40,000 bases of DNA. Origin: Serratia phage PCH45. Position 1 is the stretch's first letter; every line of letters begins with the position of its first letter. The position numbers were made by a program, and so were the translations under genes. The stretch is taken from sequence record MN334766.1, one strand, 5' to 3'. This document shows, one piece after another, positions 1 to 8,032 of the stretch. A model generated the notes under the pieces. The model was not told where the DNA came from. It saw only the letters and a program-made list of their open reading frames with translations, and did not search any database.

Positions 1-552
1 ATCTCCATTCGCGGTTGCGATACTTACGGTCAGCTTATTGACGTGCTGGAAAAACTGCGCGCTGATAAACCGGATGCTGTCGGTGAGGTTCTTCATCGTC
101 TTCTTGAAGATGAAGATGGTAATTTTAACCTGGGCATGCAACTCGTACTGATTGGTGCGAAAGAAGACTTCGAAATCTTCTTAGCCACTGCTTTCAAGGT
201 TAAGTTCGATCCGGAACTGTTCCAGGATATTTACCTGGACGAAGAGAGCCAGGAGGTCGATGATCTCACCATGCTCTCGGTAACTGCTACTAATGCCATG
301 ACGATGTTAGTGCAGAACTGCGATATCGAAAACCCGTTGGTTATCATGGGTATCGAAGCTCAGTTGTCAGTACACGACGTAATCAACGAACAACGTTGGG
401 CAGGCGTCAAGTGCGAACTCCTGGGCGGTATCCCGGCCGTTATTGTAATGCGTCGCTGGGGATTGTTAAACAGCACCACTATTGTTGAACACGGCGTAGA
501 TGAAAACGCCATCTTCAGCGATCTGGTAGAAAGTCTTCTGGAAGGTAAGTAA
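1..552 (+). CDS. hypothetical protein, 5' end outside window (frame open from base 1; track ORF begins at internal GTG 43)
   Basis: Reading frame is open from position 1 (ISIRGCDTYGQLIDVLEKL...) to stop at 552; followed directly by ATG at 553. Confidence 0.8.
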   Translation: MSIRGCDTYGQLIDVLEKLRADKPDAVGEVLHRLLEDEDGNFNLGMQLVLIGAKEDFEIFLATAFKVKFDPELFQDIYLDEESQEVDDLTMLSVTATNAMTMLVQNCDIENPLVIMGIEAQLSVHDVINEQRWAGVKCELLGGIPAVIVMRRWGLLNSTTIVEHGVDENAIFSDLVESLLEGK

Positions 553-1038
553 ATGAGCGAAATAAAGAAAGAGATCCTCGATGATATCGAGATCATTCTT
601 GGTGACAACGTAGCTATTGTCGACGACTCTAGTTACATTTGGGACGGGGAACACCATCGTGCGCCGATGGAGCAGGAAGCAACTGCTAAAGACCAAACTC
701 CCATCTTTGTCATGCTGCCGTTTATGATCAAACAGCTCGAGCGTCCCGAAGTTGAATTGATCATTATTGACGGCACCGAAGACCGCTTCCAGATCGCAGC
801 TAAGACTGCGGATGGGATCGAGATCTTCACCGCTCACGACATTGCCTTCACGCAACGTCTAGCTGGGGAAAAAATAAAGACCAATTTGGCTCTTTATTTC
901 AAGACTTATTATTTGCTAAGGTATTATCTCCTTGGCGGTAGTAAAAAATACGCAGTAACAAAACTAAATGAGGGCTTTGTGGTTTACGCCAGCGATCCGG
1001 AAAAACCGGTTGTCTGGGCGGGACACAAAGTTTACTAA
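553..1038 (+). CDS. hypothetical phage protein, 161 aa
   Basis: Intact ORF with GGAAGGTAA SD-like sequence upstream, tightly coupled to the previous gene. Confidence 0.8.
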   Translation: MSEIKKEILDDIEIILGDNVAIVDDSSYIWDGEHHRAPMEQEATAKDQTPIFVMLPFMIKQLERPEVELIIIDGTEDRFQIAAKTADGIEIFTAHDIAFTQRLAGEKIKTNLALYFKTYYLLRYYLLGGSKKYAVTKLNEGFVVYASDPEKPVVWAGHKVY

Positions 1039-1059
1039 GCTCTCTAAATCCCCAGCCAA

Positions 1060-1085
1060 TGGAGCAGGTAGCGTAGCCTGCTCCA
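1060..1085 (+). terminator. stem-loop TGGAGCAGG-tagcgtag-CCTGCTCCA (no U tract); terminator or processing hairpin
   Basis: Perfect 9-bp inverted repeat in the intergenic gap 1039-1104. Confidence 0.45.
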
Positions 1086-1104
1086 GTAACAGAGGACGAA
1101 AAGA

Positions 1105-1764
1105 ATGAACCTTAAATGGTTTTTATTACCCGTATTGCTTGTAATGAGCTTCGGGATTTTGGCTTCAACCAGCACCTCGACTGTTAAGTTTAACGAGAAG
1201 GGATGGAACAAGCACCGTAACGCTATCACAAGCGCTGCATACCGTACCAATCAACCTGTCGATGCCTTGGCTGCATTTGCCAGTATCGAAACAACCATGG
1301 GGTTATCCAAAGACAGAAAAGGTTTGTTCCAATTCGTCGATCGTACCTGGCGTGATCAGGTTAAGCGAAATGGAAAGAAGTATGGGATTCGTATAGGAAC
1401 ACCGCAGACCAATGCACGTGCTAATGCACTCATGGCTGCCGAGTATATGCGAGAGAATCGAGAATACCTCGAACGCAAGCTCGGGCGAACAGTATCCCTA
1501 TCCGAAATCTATATGGCGCATATGCTAGGAACATATGGCGCAGAAAAAATGCTGAAAGCTTCCAACGGAAAGCTAGCTAAAAATATCGTCCGCCCAGGCG
1601 GTAACAAAGCCTTCTTCTTTACGAAAGGAAAGGCTAGAACCGTCGGCCAATTTAAACAGTATATGGAGGCGTATGTAGAAAGACATGCGTCTACGTATCG
1701 ACTAACCGCAGTGGCCTACATGGACACGCGTTTCGAATCTACCACACAGTTGGCAATGCGCTAA
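1105..1764 (+). CDS. secreted lytic transglycosylase-like protein (SLT/lysozyme-like fold), candidate endolysin or lysis-related enzyme
   Basis: N-terminal signal peptide (MNLKWFLLPVLLVMSFGILAST), then SIETTMG...GLFQFVDRTW...NARANALMAAEYMRENREYL...LSEIYMAHMLGTYGAEKML, the typical SLT pattern (catalytic E in 'SIE', GLFQF, YLAH-like motif). Confidence 0.7.
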   Translation: MNLKWFLLPVLLVMSFGILASTSTSTVKFNEKGWNKHRNAITSAAYRTNQPVDALAAFASIETTMGLSKDRKGLFQFVDRTWRDQVKRNGKKYGIRIGTPQTNARANALMAAEYMRENREYLERKLGRTVSLSEIYMAHMLGTYGAEKMLKASNGKLAKNIVRPGGNKAFFFTKGKARTVGQFKQYMEAYVERHASTYRLTAVAYMDTRFESTTQLAMR

Positions 1765-1776
1765 CTATTTTTGAAA

Positions 1777-1796
1777 AGGGGCCTTGGAGCCCCTTA
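1777..1796 (+). terminator. hairpin AAGGGGC-cttgga-GCCCCTT
   Basis: Inverted repeat just after the 1764 stop codon; weak T tract. Confidence 0.45.
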
Positions 1797-1819
1797 ACTT
1801 TAGTTGTCAAGGACTAGCG

Positions 1820-2317
1820 ATGAAAAAGAACTTTTTAGGTGTAGTAGTAGCATCTGTTTTATCTTTAACCGCTTTCAACGCATCAGCGCAACAAGTTCAG
1901 ATGAACGAATGGACACGTGCTGAAAAAGGCGACTCGTTAATCGTATTAAACGTTAACCGCCAGCACGACATCCTCTCAGTAAACTGCCAGGCCGGGGACA
2001 CATGGATCTCCATCGAAACAAGCCTTGGTCAGTTAGTCTACCCGGACCCTGATGCACGTCCGGGAGATGATTCCTTGTCATTAGAGTTATTAGTCGTAAC
2101 GAAAGACGGAACCCTCGTCCGTTGGACTAAAGACGACCTCGACTTTACCAAACCGAACGGGGCTGGACAACAGCGCGCCCAGATCCTGTTCGACTCTTTA
2201 CACGAGGCCAAGAAAGTAGAAGCATTACTCGGTGGCGAAATCGTCATCCCATTTGAGGGCGCACCTTCTAAAGCGTTTCCTAAATTCAAAGAAGTTGTAG
2301 GCTTTTGTAAAGCATAA
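1820..2317 (+). CDS. secreted/periplasmic hypothetical protein (165 aa) with signal peptide
   Basis: MKKNFLGVVVASVLSLTAFNASAQQ signal peptide with AxA site; start refined from track start 1784 to ATG 1820. Confidence 0.75.
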   Translation: MKKNFLGVVVASVLSLTAFNASAQQVQMNEWTRAEKGDSLIVLNVNRQHDILSVNCQAGDTWISIETSLGQLVYPDPDARPGDDSLSLELLVVTKDGTLVRWTKDDLDFTKPNGAGQQRAQILFDSLHEAKKVEALLGGEIVIPFEGAPSKAFPKFKEVVGFCKA

Positions 2318-2331
2318 ACTGGAGCTGTATA

Positions 2332-3015
2332 ATGACAGAACCGAATTCAAACCCTACCGATACATTCGAGGTCCCTGGAAGATATCTTAATATCAACTCC
2401 ATTGAAATCCGTCCCGCTGACATCTGTGCCTTGGTCGAGAAACCGATCAACTTTGTTCAACCGGCTAGCGACCGTTTCCGCGTAACTGATCTTACGCACC
2501 ACGACCGTTGGCGTCCCTACCGGCTGAGCATTAATAAGGTGCAGCATCTGGTATTGTTCAATAAAACGTTTGCGGCAGATAAGAAGGCAGTTGATTATTA
2601 CATCACTCTTCTGCAACGCTGCGTTTCACTTGCCATCTCAGATGATGCAAAGTCCCCTGGACGTTTGCGTATCGAAACAGATCCCGGACTCATTACCGGT
2701 GCTAAGGTTCAGAGTCCTCGTCTGATGGAGTTCTCAACGTTCTGTGATCTGTTGAGCAACGAACTTAACTTCGACCGTAATCGCCACCGCGTGATCGTTT
2801 CGTTGTTACATTCTTTCGGTGTGAAACTGCAAACTCATGTAGAGAACGCAGTTATCGCTAAATTCCCTAAACTGGAGACAACGACTAAATCCCAGTCAAA
2901 AAATAATCCAACCGGTAATCATTTGAAGAACACTCCGCCAAAATCTGAAGCTCCCCCGCACCAGACAGTTATGGCGGCCGCGTTGCAAGAAGCGCAGGAC
3001 AAACAAAAATCGTAA
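2332..3015 (+). CDS. hypothetical protein, 227 aa
   Basis: Intact ORF with GGAG upstream; terminator-like hairpin follows. Confidence 0.75.
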   Translation: MTEPNSNPTDTFEVPGRYLNINSIEIRPADICALVEKPINFVQPASDRFRVTDLTHHDRWRPYRLSINKVQHLVLFNKTFAADKKAVDYYITLLQRCVSLAISDDAKSPGRLRIETDPGLITGAKVQSPRLMEFSTFCDLLSNELNFDRNRHRVIVSLLHSFGVKLQTHVENAVIAKFPKLETTTKSQSKNNPTGNHLKNTPPKSEAPPHQTVMAAALQEAQDKQKS

Positions 3016-3020
3016 TGGCG

Positions 3021-3048
3021 TTGGGGGCTTCGTGCCCCCAATTTTTTT
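3021..3048 (+). terminator. intrinsic terminator TTGGGGGC-ttcgt-GCCCCCAA-TTTTTTT
   Basis: 8-bp GC-rich stem followed by T tract right after the 3015 stop codon. Confidence 0.85.
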
Positions 3049-3074
3049 GCTTGGTCTGAAAAGGAAAAGAAAAG

Positions 3075-3647
3075 ATGAACGTAGAAGACGAAATCTGTCT
3101 GTTTGTTCGCCTTCCGGTGTTCACCATCGGGAAACTGGCGGATATGCCATACCAGCTTATGGTACAAGGAGATCTGAACACGACGTCCGCTAATGGCCTG
3201 CGTGTAACTAACCGCGTGCGAATGACTCAGTCATCTGATGATAACAAAGTCTTCACCACCGCAACGAAGTTCCGTTTACCGCGTAAGTCAGGTAGCGTAA
3301 GTACTCAGGCTCCTCAGGTCGAGTTTGAGATCAACGAAGAGGACTTTAACACGGTAATGGGTGCGTGTGAATCCCGTTACGTTAAACGTCGGTATAGCGT
3401 AAAGATCCCTTCCGGCGTTACGGTTGAGATTGACCGCTATATGGAAAAGAATAACGACTTCTCTAAGTTTGCTAAAATCGATATTGAGAAAGCAGACGAG
3501 GCGATGCTCGATATTTACCTGGCAGAACTCAAAGAGATCGGGCTGCACGTCGGCGCGATTATCAACCCACCTGGCGTAGAGAGCCAGGAAATAAAAGAAC
3601 AGATTGACGAGCTCATGGGCCGTCAGTGGAATTTAGTATCTAATTAA
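3075..3647 (+). CDS. hypothetical protein, 190 aa
   Basis: Intact ORF with SD-like AAGGAAAAG. Confidence 0.75.
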   Translation: MNVEDEICLFVRLPVFTIGKLADMPYQLMVQGDLNTTSANGLRVTNRVRMTQSSDDNKVFTTATKFRLPRKSGSVSTQAPQVEFEINEEDFNTVMGACESRYVKRRYSVKIPSGVTVEIDRYMEKNNDFSKFAKIDIEKADEAMLDIYLAELKEIGLHVGAIINPPGVESQEIKEQIDELMGRQWNLVSN

Positions 3648-3679
3648 TCTCCTGTTTATAACAGTCTAAGGAGCCTTAA

Positions 3680-4216
3680 ATGGCATCTGTCATTTGTGAA
3701 GAAGTAGTTTGTCCGTGCTGTAAAGTTGAACGTCCTGTTAAAGAAGTTGTTTGCGTGGACGAAAAGGCTAACTACTGGCAGTGCAAGATTTGTATCATGC
3801 TTGCAAAAGATCCTACCGTACCTGGTAAACCAAAAACAAAAGCTGAGATCGAAGAGTTCAAAGAAGCCGTCACGGCTCGTAAACTTGGTATGAATCGACC
3901 TAAGCCAAAAGTAGAGGTAACCTCTGCGACTTGTCCTGGTTGTCTTAAGACTTTGGATATCGTGGAATTTAAGGGTGTGGGAGGCAGGGTATTCTCTCAC
4001 TGCAATTGTTGCAGAGATAATAATATTAAAATAGGTGATGAGCGCGCCAAGCAGCTTCTTGGTGGCGGACTGTTCTCTGGGGTATCTCTTACACTGGGTC
4101 GTTGTATTCAGTGCGGTCATACTGGGCAGATTACTACAGACTTCCCGGTTGACACAAAAGAACCTACAGGTTATAAGCGCTACTGTCTCAAGAAGTGCGC
4201 CGGTCGCCGGAGATAA
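3680..4216 (+). CDS. protein with three Cys-pair zinc-ribbon-like modules
   Basis: CPCC...CKIC, CPGC...CNCC and CIQC...C..C in 178 aa. Confidence 0.7.
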   Translation: MASVICEEVVCPCCKVERPVKEVVCVDEKANYWQCKICIMLAKDPTVPGKPKTKAEIEEFKEAVTARKLGMNRPKPKVEVTSATCPGCLKTLDIVEFKGVGGRVFSHCNCCRDNNIKIGDERAKQLLGGGLFSGVSLTLGRCIQCGHTGQITTDFPVDTKEPTGYKRYCLKKCAGRRR

Positions 4217-4220
4217 GCCA

Positions 4221-4661
4221 ATGAAAGTTAACGTTGAATTAGTCGATGGTAAAATCGATAAGATAGAGTTGATCAAGGACGGTGTAGCTCTCTTCACGGT
4301 AACTCGCTGGCAGCAGGAAGGTCTGGGATTAGTAGCTTACAACGGAACAAGCTTAGACCTTTACTACATCTATCGTCATGAAGTTGCGAGAGCGCAAGAA
4401 AAGCGTTTCCGCTATGGCTTGGACGTGATAGCCAGCCGTTTATTAAAATACCACGGCCTGACATTCAAAGGGCTATTTTGGGGTATACCAGTTTCAACAG
4501 AATATCTAAACGACCTATGGTACGGATTAGGTAATACGTTAATAATGTCTAACACAGGTGTTCTATCGGATTCTCTAAAGGATGCGATGATAAGAACCAA
4601 GTGCGCTGACGCATTGACTGACGATCTATTGACCAAGGTTAGGTTGTACGTTAATTATTGA
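4221..4661 (+). CDS. hypothetical protein, 146 aa
   Basis: Start refined from 4035 to ATG 4221; intact ORF. Confidence 0.65.
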   Translation: MKVNVELVDGKIDKIELIKDGVALFTVTRWQQEGLGLVAYNGTSLDLYYIYRHEVARAQEKRFRYGLDVIASRLLKYHGLTFKGLFWGIPVSTEYLNDLWYGLGNTLIMSNTGVLSDSLKDAMIRTKCADALTDDLLTKVRLYVNY

Positions 4662-4665
4662 GGAA

Positions 4666-4706
4666 ACAGCAAAAAGAAGGGCCCGAAGGCCCTTCTTTTT
4701 TTTTTG
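4666..4706. terminator. bidirectional terminator, ACAGCAAAAAGAAGGGCCCGAAGGCCCTTCTTTTTTTTTTG
   Basis: AAAAGAAGGGCC-cgaa-GGCCCTTCTTTT stem with T tract at a convergent junction; near-identical copy at 38161-38201. Confidence 0.9.
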
Positions 4707-4708
4707 TC

Positions 4709-5545
4709 TTAACGTGACTGTCCGGCTATCAAGCCGCGCAAAAAGGTCTGGTGACGCGCACCATCGTTCATAGCGTTTACTGCCTGGATAACTTCATCGC
4801 GGTAATCGACGTAGTTATCGTTAGCGTCAGCATACCCATCGATGATCTGTTGAATACGACTTAGCTCTGCCCCACCATAGAGGTAGCCGCTATCGAGATC
4901 AATGATAGTGTTAGACCACACCCATGCCTTAGCAGCCATTACAGCGTAGCGACTGAGATGGAAGATTGCTGCTCCATTCCAGTTACTGAGCTCTTCGTCC
5001 TGCCCAACGCGAACGGTAAGCGACCCCTGTTGCACCTTACCCATGTAGTCGTTAATTACAACGACGTTCTCACCAATCAACTCCACGTTAGCGGAGCTAT
5101 TGATAGGAGCAGGAGAAGCAGCACGTAAGATCTGTTGAGCCGCACCCATCATCGGAGAGTTACCACAGCTCTGGATGTTATAGGACGATGTCTGCCATCC
5201 GTTGTTTAAATCCGCAGCCACTGTATTGAACCAGTAGTTAAATGCAATGACCTGAGAAATAGGACGACCTTTGGTCAATGACTTAGGGACACGGAGCACC
5301 GTTCGATAATCCTGGTTCTCGAGGAACTGAACTTCAGCGTGCCGTAAAGGAACGTTAATAGTCTCAGCGCCCAAGATAGAAAGATCCACACGGATACGTG
5401 CATCAATAACCTTGTTACGGATTTCCCAATCCAGATCACCCGCGTACTTATGGTTACGACCTTTACGCTTCATGAAAGCGACTTCGAGAACTGGCGGTGG
5501 GATAGCCTGCTTAATCTCGAAGATTAATTTATCTATTACCGACAT
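4709..5545 (-). CDS. hypothetical protein, 278 aa (possible virion/late protein)
   Basis: Intact minus-strand ORF bounded by a bidirectional terminator. Confidence 0.75.
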   Translation of the reverse strand: MSVIDKLIFEIKQAIPPPVLEVAFMKRKGRNHKYAGDLDWEIRNKVIDARIRVDLSILGAETINVPLRHAEVQFLENQDYRTVLRVPKSLTKGRPISQVIAFNYWFNTVAADLNNGWQTSSYNIQSCGNSPMMGAAQQILRAASPAPINSSANVELIGENVVVINDYMGKVQQGSLTVRVGQDEELSNWNGAAIFHLSRYAVMAAKAWVWSNTIIDLDSGYLYGGAELSRIQQIIDGYADANDNYVDYRDEVIQAVNAMNDGARHQTFLRGLIAGQSR

Positions 5546-5645
5546 ACTACCTCCAGTTGCAGTATCTGTGTAACAGTTTATTTTTTAGGTAAATTAACCT
5601 TGTTGTGTAACAAACTCACACAAGAAATCAATTAAAGAGGATATC

Positions 5646-6620
5646 ATGGAACAGACTAACAAAAAGATCGGCATCTATGGTTGCGGCGGTGGCGGCACTA
5701 ATCTTCTGGCAATGGTCGAGAAGAAAATCAAAACCGAAAACCTGGCTGGCGTTTATGCCCCGTACAACGCTGTTTATATCGACAGCTCCGAATCTAACTT
5801 CGATGACCTGATCCCAGCCGGTGCCCAGAAGTATCGTATCGCTAACATGGATGGCGCGGGCAAGATCCGTGACGACATGCTCGAACCGGCTCGCCGCGAA
5901 GCGCCGAACATTCTTTTCCAGTACCCGCCTCAGGATGTTAACATTCTGGTCTGTACAGCAGGCGGCGGTACAGGTGCTATCCTGGCAACCGTGCTGGCTG
6001 AGAAAATGTGGGAAGCGGGTAAACGTGTTATCTTCGTTTCTCCGGCATCTATCGAATCCGGTAAAACAGCGAAAAACTCCCTGGGCCACATCCGTACCCT
6101 GAACAACCGTGCAAAAGCCAACGGCCAAACGTCGGTACTGTTCTACGACAACAACGAAGCCGGTAACAAAAACCGTAACGAAGTTGACCGTGGTATGGTG
6201 CTGGGTATCTGCGCCCTGCTCGATCTGTACAGCGGTAAACATCGTGAGATGGATACCAAAGACGTTGAGCAATGGCTGAACCTGGGCAAATCCGCGAACC
6301 TGGAACCGCAGCTGGTACTTCTCGATATCGACACTAATATCGAAGATGCGAAAGCTCGCCAGTACCCGATCTCCATCAACGCGATCTACTCCGAAGCTGA
6401 TGCGACCAAAGGTTCTCCTTCTGCCGACTATCTGTCCGAAGGTTATCGTCGCGATGGCGGCGGTTCTCTGTTCTTCAGTATCCACACTGACGGCCTGGGC
6501 AACATCGCCAACGACCTGCAAGCAGTTGTAACCAGCTACGAGCAGCGCGCTGCTGCCCGCCAGTCTACTGCTAACAATGCGCTGGGCTCCAGCAACAGCA
6601 ACGACGGCTGGGAGCTGTAA
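5646..6620 (+). CDS. phuZ: PhuZ-like phage tubulin/FtsZ-family cytoskeletal GTPase
   Basis: IGIYGCGGGGTNLL near the N-terminus, VLVCTAGGGTGAILATVLAE (tubulin/FtsZ signature GGGTGxG-like), ISINAIYSEAD, acidic-rich C-terminus. Confidence 0.75.
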   Translation: MEQTNKKIGIYGCGGGGTNLLAMVEKKIKTENLAGVYAPYNAVYIDSSESNFDDLIPAGAQKYRIANMDGAGKIRDDMLEPARREAPNILFQYPPQDVNILVCTAGGGTGAILATVLAEKMWEAGKRVIFVSPASIESGKTAKNSLGHIRTLNNRAKANGQTSVLFYDNNEAGNKNRNEVDRGMVLGICALLDLYSGKHREMDTKDVEQWLNLGKSANLEPQLVLLDIDTNIEDAKARQYPISINAIYSEADATKGSPSADYLSEGYRRDGGGSLFFSIHTDGLGNIANDLQAVVTSYEQRAAARQSTANNALGSSNSNDGWEL

Positions 6621-6635
6621 TCCCGAGGAGGAGTC

Positions 6636-6986
6636 ATGTTCTTTACATACGGCTCCTCTACAAAGGGCCTAAGCCAGGAGCACTTAGCGGTTCTTCGTAG
6701 AGCCGCTATTTACGAGATTAACCTCGAGAAATATGCTGGTAAGCGTATAGTAGAAGTTAAGATCGATGTTGAAGGCAGGACGATCAAATTGGTCGTCGTT
6801 GTTGCTAAGGAGGAGTTATGTTCGTCAAGTGGGAGCGAGGACTCTACGGCATCCGTCCCGTTATCGAGTTCAACATTATGCAACCGGATGATCAACTTAC
6901 TCCGGCGCAACGTGTTATCAAGAAGCTTCATTTTGATTATAATCGTCGAGCTTTTAGCTTTCCATTGGCGGGAAAGATCACGATAA
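6636..6986 (+). CDS. hypothetical protein, 116 aa (C-terminal part overlaps the next ORF out of frame)
   Basis: GAGGAG SD upstream; overlaps 6818-7093 by 169 nt. Confidence 0.45.
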   Translation: MFFTYGSSTKGLSQEHLAVLRRAAIYEINLEKYAGKRIVEVKIDVEGRTIKLVVVVAKEELCSSSGSEDSTASVPLSSSTLCNRMINLLRRNVLSRSFILIIIVELLAFHWRERSR

Positions 6987-7093
6987 AAGATCTAAGTGAA
7001 ACTATGGCTGAATACTATAGTCAGCCTCAATGGTCTAACGAATGGAGAGGAGGTCAGGCAAATGCCGGTACGTTACCGCTTGCCCAAGGTTAG
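6818..7093 (+). CDS. hypothetical protein, 91 aa
   Basis: AAGGAGGAG SD upstream of ATG 6818. Confidence 0.6.
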   Translation: MFVKWERGLYGIRPVIEFNIMQPDDQLTPAQRVIKKLHFDYNRRAFSFPLAGKITIKDLSETMAEYYSQPQWSNEWRGGQANAGTLPLAQG

Positions 7094-7151
7094 CTTTAAG
7101 CCTTCCTTAATGGATCGGCTTTTAAAGCGCCGCTTGACGATGTGCAAGTAA
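7062..7151 (+). CDS. 29-aa basic micro-ORF MPVRYRLPKVSFKPSLMDRLLKRRLTMCK
   Basis: GAGGAGG SD about 9 nt upstream of ATG 7062; overlaps the end of the preceding ORF; not in supplied ORF track. Confidence 0.35.
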   Translation: MPVRYRLPKVSFKPSLMDRLLKRRLTMCK

Positions 7152-7159
7152 AATAATAC

Positions 7160-7437
7160 ATCCTATGTAGAAGACCGCTTGCGCTTCACTTATCATCCAC
7201 GCTCGCGGTCGTAATTCTACATTAAAAATCTGGCAACTCACAAGCCGCTTTGGTGCGGAATGAGAAAGGCGATCTTCTGCGAAATTCGCCTGGTAGGGAA
7301 TCGACACAATGCTGCTATGGCTAAGCGCTGCACGAGCGCCTGAGGACTAGCGGCTGAAAGTTCGTAGTACTTACTGTAAACTGAGATCTCTCCCTGCCTG
7401 ATGGCAGGGTAGAGGTCACACCTTTATTTTTTTTTTG
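7160..7437 (+). ncRNA. candidate structured non-coding RNA with terminal intrinsic terminator
   Basis: 413-nt gap without a convincing ORF. Long bulged stem ATGTAGAA-GACCGC-tt-GCG / CGC-tc-GCGGTC-gtaa-TTCTACAT (7165-7222), then CTCA..CCGC/GCGG..TGAG (7237-7264), AGGCGA/TCGCCT (7267-7291), GCGCT/AGCGC (7325-7339), and a terminator. Confidence 0.55.
7385..7436 (+). terminator. intrinsic terminator GATCTCTCCCTGCC-tgat-GGCAGGGTAGAGGTC followed by T tract
   Basis: Strong stem with 4-nt loop and a run of >=10 T. Confidence 0.85.
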
Positions 7438-7454
7438 TTTAAGCAATTTACGGG

Positions 7455-7464
7455 TATATATTAT
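7455..7464 (+). promoter_or_regulatory. phage early-promoter-like motif TATATATTAT
   Basis: One of five TATATATYAT copies, each in a non-coding gap upstream of a plus-strand ORF. Confidence 0.45.
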
Positions 7465-7564
7465 CATTGTGTAATATAAGCTCTGTAATCAATTTCTAAG
7501 AACTTTTCTTATTAAATGATGAAACGGTATCAGTTGATGTAAAAAACTCGGGAGGAATCGATCT

Positions 7565-8032
7565 ATGGATTCTGAGAAGGTAGAGCTGCAAGCTTTTGTA
7601 TTCGGGATGAGTTCGGTGCTTAAACTCCACCATCGCAAAGGGAAGTTACCAGCATCTCTTCCTAATATAGTTGCAGCTGCTATTAGTGCCTACTGGGAGA
7701 ATGGTTCTTACGAAGGATTCTGTAAGATAATGTCGGAAAGGATTATCACCGTAGCAATAAAGGAAACAAGGATGTTGGCCGAGATCCCAGATCGGCTTTA
7801 TAGTGAGAAGGATCACGCAGCATTCCTGGAAGCATTATACCAGGAAGTGTATAGCTTCTTTGAACTTTGCTTCATGGAAGACTATCGGTATCTCGCTCGC
7901 TCGTTTTATACAGGTGATTCGATCATGGTAGTGTTCGCACGTAAACCATGCACGGTGACTTATATTGAGACGGGTCCATTCACCGGCGTCTATAAGGTCA
8001 GCATGGCCAAAATAAAAGAAGATGAGAAATGA
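7565..8032 (+). CDS. hypothetical small protein, tandem paralog-like array member 1
   Basis: Intact ORF, GGAGG SD; C-terminal strand pair SIMVVFARKPCTVTYIE. Confidence 0.7.
   Translation: MDSEKVELQAFVFGMSSVLKLHHRKGKLPASLPNIVAAAISAYWENGSYEGFCKIMSERIITVAIKETRMLAEIPDRLYSEKDHAAFLEALYQEVYSFFELCFMEDYRYLARSFYTGDSIMVVFARKPCTVTYIETGPFTGVYKVSMAKIKEDEK

Noticed and set aside
5628-6521. 297-aa minus-strand ORF opposite the tubulin-like gene
   Set aside because: Antisense shadow of a codon-biased gene covering its conserved GTP-binding motifs.
7122-7307. 61-aa minus-strand ORF over the 7.1-7.3 kb gap
   Set aside because: No SD, conflicts with extensive inverted-repeat structure on the plus strand, and flanked by plus-strand genes.
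7339-7360. CTGAGGA...GAAAG resembling a hammerhead ribozyme core (CUGANGA...GAAA) inside the ncRNA candidate
   Set aside because: Stem II between the boxes is only ~2 bp, there is no proper NUH cleavage triplet before the adjacent GCGCT/AGCGC stem, and no stem III partner for the sequence after GAAA was found.
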